Shown piece after piece: positions 1-8,046 of a stretch of 64,000 nt of DNA. The first letter of the stretch is position 1. The number at the start of each line of letters is the position of its first letter. The position numbers and the translations under genes were made by a program. The notes under the pieces were generated by a model. The model was given only the letters and a program-made list of their open reading frames with translations. It was not told the origin of the DNA and did no database searches. This stretch comes from an uncultured Acidobacteriota bacterium (GTDB taxonomy: Bacteria; Acidobacteriota; Thermoanaerobaculia; Multivoradales; UBA5704), in NCBI GenBank assembly GCA_963770895.1, contig CAVYRF010000002.1:4896001-4960000 (forward strand). Direction: 5' to 3'.

Positions 1-647
1 CGGGTCGGTCCGTCGGCCACAAAGATGTCGGCCGCGTCGCCCACCGGGTCCGCCGCGTTTGCCGTGTCCGCCGTGTCCGCTGCCTCGTAGCACTGCCAGC
101 CGGGCACCTCATCACCCACCACCACGCGGGTGAAGGAGCCCCGCACGTCCTGGAGCTTCTCGACGCCGGCCGCATCGGTCACCACGTGAAGGATCCCGCC
201 GCGCTCCAAGCGGTCTTCCAGGTCGGCGGCAGACAGCAGCGTCGTAGCCGGGCTCAGCACCGCGCCCAGCTTCAAAGCCGCCAGCGTGATCTCCCACAGC
301 GCGCTGACGTTCGGCAGCATCGCCAGCACCCGGTCGCCGCGCCGCCAACCCAGCCCGCGCAAAAAGTTGGCCGCCCGGTTCGACCGCCGCGCCATCTCGG
401 CGAAGCTGATGCGCGTCTCGCCCCCGCCGTCGTCCACCAGCCACAGCGCCGTCCGCAAGTTGCCATTCGCCATGACGTCGAAGTAGTCCAGCGCCCAATT
501 GAACCGATCGAGCACCGGCCAGCGGAATCCCGCGCACGCCGCCGCCAGGTCTTCGCGCTGCGCCAGCAGGAAGTCGCGCGCCGCCAGGAACGCATCGGCG
601 CCGCTGCCGGCCGCCGCCAGCTCCGGCGTGGCACGTGGCTCACCCAT
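1..647 (-). CDS. AMP-binding acyl-CoA synthetase, N-terminal part (runs off the window edge)
   Basis: Hand-translated frame not in the ORF track: ATG at 647 after a GGGAGG RBS gives MGEPRATPELAAAGSGADAFLAARDFLL..FRWPVLDRFNWALDYFD..SFAEMARRSNRAANFLRGLGWRRGDRVLAMLPNVSALWEITLAALKLGAV. Open to position 1. Confidence 0.85.
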   Translation of the reverse strand, partial: MGEPRATPELAAAGSGADAFLAARDFLLAQREDLAAACAGFRWPVLDRFNWALDYFDVMANGNLRTALWLVDDGGGETRISFAEMARRSNRAANFLRGLGWRRGDRVLAMLPNVSALWEITLAALKLGAVLSPATTLLSAADLEDRLERGGILHVVTDAAGVEKLQDVRGSFTRVVVGDEVPGWQCYEAADTADTANAADPVGDAADIFVADGPT

Positions 648-874
648 GGTGACCTCCCAGTACATCGCGCCGCCGAACGCCGGCAGGGCGTCTCTAAGAA
701 AGGGATTTCGACCTTACCACAGCCCTTCCCGGGCGCCGCCCGCTACCTCCGGCCGCCGGCCACCGCCTGTCTCACCGTCAGCGAGGCAACGCACCCAACT
801 TACAGCGAGGCTCGCCCGGCCCCTCCGGCCGCCGCCGCGCGCGCACCTCGACCGCCCACGAAAGGAGCATCAAA

Positions 875-1060
875 ATGCGCAAGGATGCCAGAACCAAGCT
901 GCCGCTCCACCGCGACACCCTCCACCGCCTCGACAGCGACAACCTGCACACCGCCGCAATGAGGCGCGCCCGCGGCGGCCTCGCCGGTGTCGGCGTCGGC
1001 ATCGTCTCGAGCGACGACCGCGAGTGCACCTACAGCCGCGCCTGCGACACCCTCAACTAA
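875..1060 (+). CDS. Small RiPP-precursor-like peptide (61 aa)
   Basis: AAAGGAG RBS; leader KLPLHRDTLHRL; double-Gly motif RARGG; Ser/Thr/Cys-containing core LAGVGVGIVSSDDRECTYSRACDTLN. Confidence 0.65.
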   Translation: MRKDARTKLPLHRDTLHRLDSDNLHTAAMRRARGGLAGVGVGIVSSDDRECTYSRACDTLN

Positions 1061-1337
1061 GGTCGCCGCCGCCTTCGCTCCTGCGTGACGCCGCCCCCGC
1101 GGCTGCAGGCGCCGCGCAGGAGCCTAATGGACACCGGCGACCAGGGCGGTCCGGGAGCCCACCACCGACATCACCGGCCAGAAGTGATTCGGGGGAAGCG
1201 GCCGCGGTGCGGCCGCCCCTCAGGTGGAAAGGTGGAGTCCCCGCCGGAGCGCTAACGCACCACCAAAGGGGGCGGGGAGCTGGGGCGAGGGCTGGGCGGA
1301 TGACCCCGAATCTTGGACCATTCGCCGGCTTTTCCGG

Positions 1338-1746
1338 TCAGCCAGGTTCCTGGAAAAGGGCGACTGAACCACCCGGCCCGCAAATCAGCATGAAACCCTG
1401 TGACCCGCTGAGTTGCCACGCTTCGTAGGTGTCATCTGGGTGAACCTCGATCGAGACCCCGTGCTCGAATTCAACCGTCAGGTCACCCATATCCACGATG
1501 GAAATTCCCAAAACCCGCGCGTTGAACAGAATTAGCACAGGTCCAAGAGTTGGAGTGTCCTCGGGTGTCAGCACTTGTCGCCCTCGAGGAGTCTTAAAAG
1601 TAAATGGAGACTCAACGAACAGCTGCGCCTGCCCGGACTTGTCAGAAAAGGAATAAGCCCAAGCGAAAGTCAATTTGGATAAGCTGTACGACCCCATCCT
1701 CGTCGAGTTCCAGGTGCCAGCCCTTCTCTTCGTCGCGAAGCCTCAT
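1338..1746 (-). pseudogene. DUF6188-like putative immunity protein with a +1 frameshift near 1646-1649
   Basis: ATG 1746 with AGGAG RBS gives MRLRDEEKGWHLELDEDGVVQLIQIDFRLGLFL. One extra T shifts out of the frame SDKSGQAQLFVESPF..EVHPDDTYEAWQLSGSQGFMLICGPGGSVALF. Length is 409 nt (408+1). Confidence 0.65.
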
Positions 1747-2210
1747 TCTGGAGCTCCTTGAGGATTTCCGTTCAGCGGTTCCTCGTAAATTCGCGGAATG
1801 TGCGTCTCAGCTTGTGCCCCCCTGACGTACGCCCAAATGACTGGGCAGATTTAAAGGCGTGAGTCCCAGCTGCTCACTCGCCTTCCCCTGTTGGGTGCGG
1901 CCCAGTGTCTAGATGAAGCCTGATATCAGCTTGGCCAGTCTTTGCCTTCGCGGCGGCTTCTAGCCAGTCATCCCAGGCGGCTGGATCTGCAGTTGTGCCA
2001 TTGTTTAGCAGTGACATCCCACCGAGGAATCCGGCCAGATCATCTGGAGCCTGTCATCTCAAGGAGGTGTTCCAGGAAGAGGTACATGGCGACATAGGCC
2101 TCTCTGCAGGTCAGAGATTCCATGCGTTAACCTTTCCGTCGCGATGCACTGCGTCCGGCCGAAGCCGGCTACGGTGGCCGCCTGGTCTGGCGACAGAGCG
2201 CGACCTACGA

Positions 2211-2280
2211 TCAACCTTCTCCGACCCAATCCTCTTTCTTAACATTAAACTCCCATTCTGCCTGTCCCATGGCGTCGTCC
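2211..2280 (-). pseudogene. 3' remnant of the 90-aa immunity gene family
   Basis: Encodes DDAMGQAEWEFNVKKEDWVGEG*, nearly identical to the ends of 13282..13554 and 26883..27155. Confidence 0.8.
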
Positions 2281-2354
2281 GCCCCACGAGGCGACCGTAC
2301 TCATCATGGTGCGCTCGCCAAGGTTCGACGCGCCCTGCCGTTGGCGAGACTCAT

Positions 2355-2939
2355 CTAACCATTTGCTAGAGTTTGTGCGCGCTCCAATAGATCGTGTCTT
2401 ATATCATTGTCAGTGAGCCCGGGTAGTACGGGTGGCCACTCGTTGAAAGGTACGTCCATGAGCTCTAGGAGGCCTCGGTAAAATGACTCCCAGACCTCGG
2501 GCTCACTCGGATCATGGTCTTGAAAGCCTCTTAGCAATAATCTGGCTGCTTCCGGCTTAAGGTCACTATATGTTGATCCTAGAAAGCCGAGTGCCGTAGC
2601 GGCCGCTGCGCGAACATAAGGGTCCTCGTTGAAGGCCTTCGACGCGATAATCGGGAAAAACTCGCGAAGTGCCCACATGCGACCGAGCACCTGAACAGTG
2701 ATTCGTCTTACGAGTGCTGCGTCAACTGGATCGCCGCTGTTGAAATCCAAATAGGCGCGTATGACATCCTTGCTCGCGAGGTCGCCGCTGCGACCGAGAA
2801 TATGTATCAGAGTGTATGGGTCGGTGCGGAATTCGCCAGAGGCAAGTTGATGCCGGAGGTCATTGAGCACGGCGCGACGGATACGCTTACCCTGCTTCGC
2901 ATGATCCAAGAGTACTTCGTAAATGAGGTCATTGTCCAT
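2355..2939 (-). CDS. HEAT-repeat-like immunity protein (Ntox28 cognate type), paralog of 19968..20552
   Basis: 194 aa, helical; shares FRTDPYTLIHI.GRS.DLASKD and VRA.AATALGFLGSTY.DLKPEAARLLL with 19968..20552; overlaps an Ntox28 tip by 11 bp. Confidence 0.8.
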   Translation of the reverse strand: MDNDLIYEVLLDHAKQGKRIRRAVLNDLRHQLASGEFRTDPYTLIHILGRSGDLASKDVIRAYLDFNSGDPVDAALVRRITVQVLGRMWALREFFPIIASKAFNEDPYVRAAAATALGFLGSTYSDLKPEAARLLLRGFQDHDPSEPEVWESFYRGLLELMDVPFNEWPPVLPGLTDNDIRHDLLERAQTLANG

Positions 2940-3075
2940 GTTGTTTGTATTGTCCCTTCAGGGCCTGAGTCGCGCTCTCGAGGTTCTTGCTGGCTACGCT
3001 CAGCTCGTTGGTCAGAGCCTGCCGCTGCGATTGAGAAAGATTGAGCTCCCTTCCGGTAGCGTCAAATAGCTTTGC
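2929..3075 (-). pseudogene. Orphan Ntox28 toxin C-terminal tip
   Basis: Translates ..QRQALTNELSVASKNLESATQALKGQYKQHGQ*, matching the C-terminus of 20542..26688. Confidence 0.75.
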
Positions 3076-3124
3076 TAACCGATGGCCCGCGCGTCAATTT
3101 GTGCAGTATTATGTAATAGGTCAA
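3076..3124 (-). pseudogene. 5' remnant of the 90-aa immunity gene family
   Basis: LTYYIILHKLTRGPSV versus MSYYIILHSLTLGPSV at 27155; directly abuts the IS256 insertion. Confidence 0.65.
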
Positions 3125-3127
3125 GGT

Positions 3128-4553
3128 GGCCTTGTCCCAGAATCCGTTGAAAGTTGACGGCGATCCTCGCCCCCATAGAGCATGGGGGTGCCAACTAAAG
3201 GAGGGTCACCGTCATGAAGAAGAGTGCCACGGCGAGAGGGAGAGAGGCAACTGCTGGGCACGAGGGAGCCTGTCGGCGAGTAGGCGTGGGGGGCGTGCTG
3301 GTGCGAGCCGGAGAGGCGCTACGGGAGCTGGTGATGGCGACGGGGCTCGCGGTGTTCGAGGCGATGCTGGAGGAGGACCGCGAGGCGCTGGTGGGTCCTG
3401 CCGGCAGCCGGCAGGGAGCGCAGCGCACGGCGTATCGCTACGGACATGAGCAGGGTCGCGTGGTCCTCGGCGGCCGCAAGGTGCAGCTGGGCCGGCCGCG
3501 GGTGCGCACCGTCGGGGGCGAGGAGTTGGCGCTGCCGAGTTGGGTCGCGATGCGACAGGAAGATCCTCTCGACGAGCGAGCTCTCGAGCAGATGAAGGTG
3601 GGCGTATCGACGCGCAAGTATGCCCGGAGCCTGGAGGCCCTGCCCGAGAGCCGGAACTCGTGCTCGGTCAGCCGTTCGAGCGTGTCCCGGCGCTTCGTCG
3701 CGCGGACCCGCCAGCAGATCACCCAGCGGCTGTCCGAGTCCCTCGAAGGCAGGGACTTCCCGGTGCTCATGATCGACGGCACGGTGCTTGGCGACCATGT
3801 GCTGCTGTTGGCGATGGGCATCGAGGCGGATGGGTCGAAGCGAGTGCTGGGGGTGGTGGAAGGCAGCAGCGAGAGCGAGCAGGCAGGGCGGGCGTTGCTG
3901 CGCAACTTGATCGAGCGCGGCCTGCTGGTAGAGCGGATGCGCCTGTTCGTTGTGGACGGCGGCAAGGGCGTGCGTGCCGCGATTAGAAAGACTTTTGCGG
4001 GCTGGGCATTGATCCAACGCTGCCAGATCCACAAGATGCGCAACGTGATCGATCATTTACCTGATAGTAAGCACGCGTGGGTGCGAACGGTGATCCGGAA
4101 GGCTTGGGCCGCTGGCTCTGTCGAGCAAGCCCGGAAGCGCCTCGTGGGCTTGGCAGAGCAACTGGAAGAGGCGCATCCAGGCGCAGCGTCGTCGTTGCGG
4201 GAAGGTCTCGATGAAACCTTAACAATCATCGGCCTGCGCATGTCGGCGACGCTCACTCGCAGTTTGCGCTCGACCAATCCAATCGAGAATCTCAACAGTG
4301 CTCTGAAGCACCTGGCTCGCCGTGTCAAGCGCTGGCGAGGAGGGACGATGGTCTTGCGCTGGGCGGTCACCGGGATCCTCGAAGCCGAGAAGCGCTTCCG
4401 TCGCATCAAGGGCTACCGCGACCTGCCGGCTCTCAGCATCGCCCTCGCTCGGTCTGCCCCTTCTTACCCAGAAAAGCTTGACCAGGAGACGCTCACTGCG
4501 TGAAACTACCGCCAACTTCGCCGTCGACTTTCAACGGAAAGTGGGACATCCCC
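3128..4553 (+). mobile_element. IS256-family element (solo, complete)
   Basis: 36-bp imperfect terminal inverted repeats (GGCCTTGTCCCAGAATCCGTTGAAAGTTGACGGCGA / GGGGATGTCCCACTTTCCGTTGAAAGTCGACGGCGA); 9-bp target duplication GGTCAAGGT at 3119-3127 and 4554-4562. Confidence 0.95.
3214..4503 (+). CDS. IS256-family (Mutator) DDE transposase
   Basis: 429 aa; motifs GVSTRKY, LMIDG, FVVDGGKG, QRCQIHKMRN, RSTNPIENLN. Confidence 0.93.
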   Translation: MKKSATARGREATAGHEGACRRVGVGGVLVRAGEALRELVMATGLAVFEAMLEEDREALVGPAGSRQGAQRTAYRYGHEQGRVVLGGRKVQLGRPRVRTVGGEELALPSWVAMRQEDPLDERALEQMKVGVSTRKYARSLEALPESRNSCSVSRSSVSRRFVARTRQQITQRLSESLEGRDFPVLMIDGTVLGDHVLLLAMGIEADGSKRVLGVVEGSSESEQAGRALLRNLIERGLLVERMRLFVVDGGKGVRAAIRKTFAGWALIQRCQIHKMRNVIDHLPDSKHAWVRTVIRKAWAAGSVEQARKRLVGLAEQLEEAHPGAASSLREGLDETLTIIGLRMSATLTRSLRSTNPIENLNSALKHLARRVKRWRGGTMVLRWAVTGILEAEKRFRRIKGYRDLPALSIALARSAPSYPEKLDQETLTA

Positions 4554-4573
4554 GGTCAAGGTTGTGTGTGGAT

Positions 4574-4951
4574 TTAGAGAACCCACCATCCTGAGGGCTT
4601 GGCGTCAAACATAACCGCCTCGGCTGCCCTGTAGTCCTGACTCCGAAGGGAAATTTTCACGACAGCCATGTCATCAAAAACAGTGCGCACCGAATCCTCG
4701 AGAGTGATGCGAGCGGAAGTCACCTTCCGCGTGATGCGCTTGCAGAGCTCATCCCTAAAACCGCACTGCCCCCAATGAAATTCACGGCCATCGGATTCGA
4801 CCACGGGCCGCGTTACCGCCGTGAGGACGGGTCCATCAAACCTCAGCTGGACGTAGTCCTGCACGAACTCAACAGAGCTTAACTGCTCACCGACGATCTT
4901 CTGCAACAAGCCTTCCTCGGTTTCGTCTGGGCGAAGCGTCATAGAAATCAT
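4574..4951 (-). CDS. Putative orphan immunity protein
   Basis: 125 aa, lower GC, GEQLSSVEFVQDYVQLRFDG motif; same strand and position as the rest of the immunity array. Confidence 0.65.
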   Translation of the reverse strand: MISMTLRPDETEEGLLQKIVGEQLSSVEFVQDYVQLRFDGPVLTAVTRPVVESDGREFHWGQCGFRDELCKRITRKVTSARITLEDSVRTVFDDMAVVKISLRSQDYRAAEAVMFDAKPSGWWVL

Positions 4952-5021
4952 TTTACTGCTGGGGCGGAGTCGGCGGCGACGGTGCCGGAGGCGGTTTGTC
5001 CGGGGCCGCCCGCCCCACGAT

Positions 5022-5432
5022 TCACGTACGGCCCTGCCCGGCTATCTCGCGCCACCTCATGAGGAGCCGATGATTGGGGTGAGATTCTGTTAGCCGAAAT
5101 GTCGACAATAAATTGCCAGCCTCGTCCCACTCGTCCCGCTCCAGTGCTATTCCATGCTCGCCCAGTGTTTTTTTCTTGAGTGCACCGCTCTCGTACCACT
5201 CCAAGGACAAGCCATTAAGTCCCCCTTGATGGATGTTGTCCTCTGCCTTCTTTGCGCCACTTGGATACCACGCCCGGCGGGGACCCTCTTGGACGCCATC
5301 GACAAATGTGATCTCGCTGATCAGATTGCCTTTCGCATCGAGCTCATAGCCGATGCCACTGAAGCGCTCACCCTCGTGCGTGTAGGAATAATCATCATTG
5401 AATTCAATCTCGCCAGCATCTACTCGCTTCAT
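5022..5432 (-). CDS. YwqK-family antitoxin (MORN-variant repeats)
   Basis: FSGIGYE..GNLISEITFVDGVQEG..WYPSG..G.SLEWYESG repeats; ATGA overlap with the deaminase stop codon. Confidence 0.85.
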   Translation of the reverse strand: MKRVDAGEIEFNDDYSYTHEGERFSGIGYELDAKGNLISEITFVDGVQEGPRRAWYPSGAKKAEDNIHQGGLNGLSLEWYESGALKKKTLGEHGIALERDEWDEAGNLLSTFRLTESHPNHRLLMRWREIAGQGRT

Positions 5433-6328
5433 GGTTGCTGCCCTTCTGCTTGCGATTGAGGGAGATTGTTGACGCCCTGCGTTAGGGTTTCACAGTTGCC
5501 ACACCGAGGTACCCACTGGCCGACCCGATTCGACCAGAGAGACACATTGTACATTTCGAACTCAGAAAGGTCGCCGGCGCCCATCCCGAGACCCTCCCGA
5601 GCAAGCAACGCTTCGTTCAGCGTAACGAATTCAGAATGCGTGCCTGGCTTCCCCCAGGTCTCGCCCATCGTGCGAGCTCCTGACTCAACGTCCGCTAGGT
5701 AGGCGTCAAGCCTGTCTTGCAACAGAGGATGGATCTCGTCAGGGATTTCCGTAGCGTTCTGCCCAAAGAACATATCATCGGTGACCGTATCCCTGATACC
5801 GGTTAGCACAGGACCTCGCTGCTGGTTGGTCTGAGTCTGCTTCAGGAGTTGCGCTCTCTCCACGGTAGCGGCCGGGAGCGGACTTTCCTTTTTGACGGCG
5901 ACGCCTGCGCCTTCCGGATCCTCTACAGTAGTGAGGTTTTCGGGCTTGCTGGGTGGTGGCGGCGGCGTTTCAGACGGATCCGGGAGCATACTGGGCACAT
6001 CTGGCCCCGTTGAGGCCCAGTGGAGAGCACCACCCAACACTCCTCCAAGGCCCATGCTGAAGGCATAGGCGCCGGGGCTCGACACCTGCCCTTCGATGGT
6101 GTCGCTGGTCGCTTGGCCGGCGAGACCGCCGACGGCTCCTCCGCCGGCCGATGCTAGGAGGGCGCTGCCTCCCAATGCTGTGATGCCGGCTCCGGCGAGC
6201 CCACCTGTGGCGGCGGCGGCGGCGGTGACCGCGAAGGTCTTGGCGGCGAACTTGAGATCTTTTTTGACGTCGGCGTCGACGGCCTTGGCGACCTGGGTGA
6301 GGTTGCCGGCGTTGATATTGTCGCCCAG
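5429..6328 (-). pseudogene. Orphan pre-toxin plus YwqJ-like deaminase toxin domain (no own start codon)
   Basis: Glycine-zipper region, then GPVLTGIRD..IHPLLQDRL..PGTHSEFVTLNEAL..VPRCGNC (HxE..PxCxxC zinc-deaminase motif); joined out of frame to an upstream RHS-gene fragment at 6328. Confidence 0.85.
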
Positions 6329-7576
6329 TACATGGCGGCGACGTCGTTGCCCAGGATCACGCCGGCTCCGGTGCCGTAGGCGTTGGTGGTGGTGACGACC
6401 GAAGGTCCGCCGCAGCTGCCGAGGATCGGCGACGGGATGGGGCAGGCGGCCAGGTTGCCGTTGGGCGCCAGCACGTCGTCGAAGACCGCCGCGTTCTGCT
6501 GGTTCGAGCCCGGCGGGTTGTTGCACTGCACGTCGTCGCGGCGCGCCGCCGGGCCGACGGCGAAGGTCACCGGCACGTTCGAGATCGAGTTGCCGTAGGA
6601 GTCCTGGACCTGGACGTGCACGTCGCCGGCGTACATGCCGGGGTTGCCGCCCATCTGCTGGCTCGGCTCCTGGCTGACGATGGTCGCGGGCGGGCCGGGG
6701 AAGCCGTAGGCATAGAAGGGGGCGTCGGGGGAGAGCGCGCCGTCGTGGGTCGAGACCGAGGCGTCGACGAGCTGGACGAGCGCCTGGGTGGCATAGGCGT
6801 CGGTCGGGCTCTGCAGCAGGAACGCCGGGCTGGCCGCGGTCTGCTGGCCGAGGCGGATGGTTACCGCGGCGTGGCCGAGCGGGTCGGTGACGACCGCGAC
6901 CGAGGTGCTTTCGGCCGAGGTCGCCGGATCGACAAGGGTGCCGCCGCCGGTGCCCGCGGCGGTGGTGAAGGTGACGGTGGCCCCCTGGACGGGCTTGCCG
7001 GACGCGTCGCGCGCCACGACGGCGAGCTGGGCCGGCAGCAGGGTCCCCACCTGGCCCATCTGGTTGTTGGTCGCCGAGACGATGACCAGGCTGGCCGCCG
7101 AGAGCGGATCGGCGTTGGGCTGCACCGTGCCGTACGGGTCTGCGAGCGCGTTGGCGGCGAACTGCAGCGTCCACTGGTCGGGCGACTCGGCGGAGGCGCC
7201 GCCGGCGAGGCCGCCGGCGATCAGGTAGGCGGCGCCGCCGCTCACCGGGTCCTCCACCACCCAGATCGAGCCGGTCCAGGAGTCGCGCGTGACGGCGGTC
7301 GCCGGCACGTCCACGGTGAGGCCCTGGCTCAGCCAGTTCTGGACGTCGGCCAGGACCGCCGCCGGCTGCTGGAGGTTGGACGGCAGCGGTGTGGCGTTCT
7401 GGGCGGTGAGGTGGAGCACCGGGATGCCGGCCTGGTTGGCGACGCCGATGCCCTTGTCGGCCGAGACGGAATCGACCTGGAAGTCCTGCTCGAAGGTGAG
7501 GTGCTCCCAGGACGAGCCTTCGAGCGCCGAGACGCGCATTCCAGTCGAAGGCGGTCGAGGGGTCGGCGCCGCGCGC
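6328..7576 (-). pseudogene. Internal duplicate of the N-terminal region of the main RHS gene (equals 41795..43042)
   Basis: Near-identical DNA at offset 35467; 1-bp insertion near 7540. Confidence 0.9.
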
Positions 7577-7653
7577 AGAGGCTGAGCGCTGCCGGCATCG
7601 CTTTCGAGGTGGATGTCTCCTGGTGCTGTTAACCCTTGCGTAACGCTTGTGGA

Positions 7654-8046
7654 TTAGTCCTTGACTGGTTCGACGGATTCAATCTCGGCGGCCTGGCAAA
7701 GAAAGCGTATGTCATTATGCTCGTAGTCGAAGGCCTCTAGCTTGACTCCCTCTAGCTGCCTGTCGGAAATATCAACTATAGCGAATCCGGTAATTTGCGT
7801 AGGGCTGCCGCCGAACCCTCGAATATTTAACTCTCTGACGGCTGTAAACTTCATATGCAGGCGATAATTGTTCGTCGAGCGATCTGTTTCGAGAGCGAGA
7901 AGTAAGGAGTAGGTCGATCGGGGTGATCGAGGGTCCTCGAAGAAGGTCAGGGCGGATACCCTCGAAAACGCCGTGTAGCCTGCCTTGCCTACCACCGCGT
8001 ACAGCTTGTCCTCGCCTTTGACTTGGGCTTTCATCGCATCACTCAT
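7654..8046 (-). CDS. Putative immunity protein (Imm50-like) for the 8039 toxin
   Basis: ATG at 8046 overlaps the toxin stop; MKFTAVRELNIRGFGGSPTQITGFAIVDISDRQLEGVKLEAFDYEHNDIRFLCQAAEI; family assignment tentative. Confidence 0.7.
   Translation of the reverse strand: MSDAMKAQVKGEDKLYAVVGKAGYTAFSRVSALTFFEDPRSPRSTYSLLLALETDRSTNNYRLHMKFTAVRELNIRGFGGSPTQITGFAIVDISDRQLEGVKLEAFDYEHNDIRFLCQAAEIESVEPVKD

Noticed and set aside
1077-1123. GCTCCTGCG/CGCAGGAGC stem after the small peptide as an intrinsic terminator
   Set aside because: Long loop and no U-tract; insufficient support.
112-1428. ORF-track calls 112..537, 186..962, 272..643 and 499..1428
   Set aside because: Alternate frames over the acyl-CoA synthetase and the small peptide gene.
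5429-7174. 581-aa ORF as a real full-length toxin
   Set aside because: Its first ~280 aa are an off-frame reading of the duplicated fragment; only 5429..6328 looks like genuine protein.
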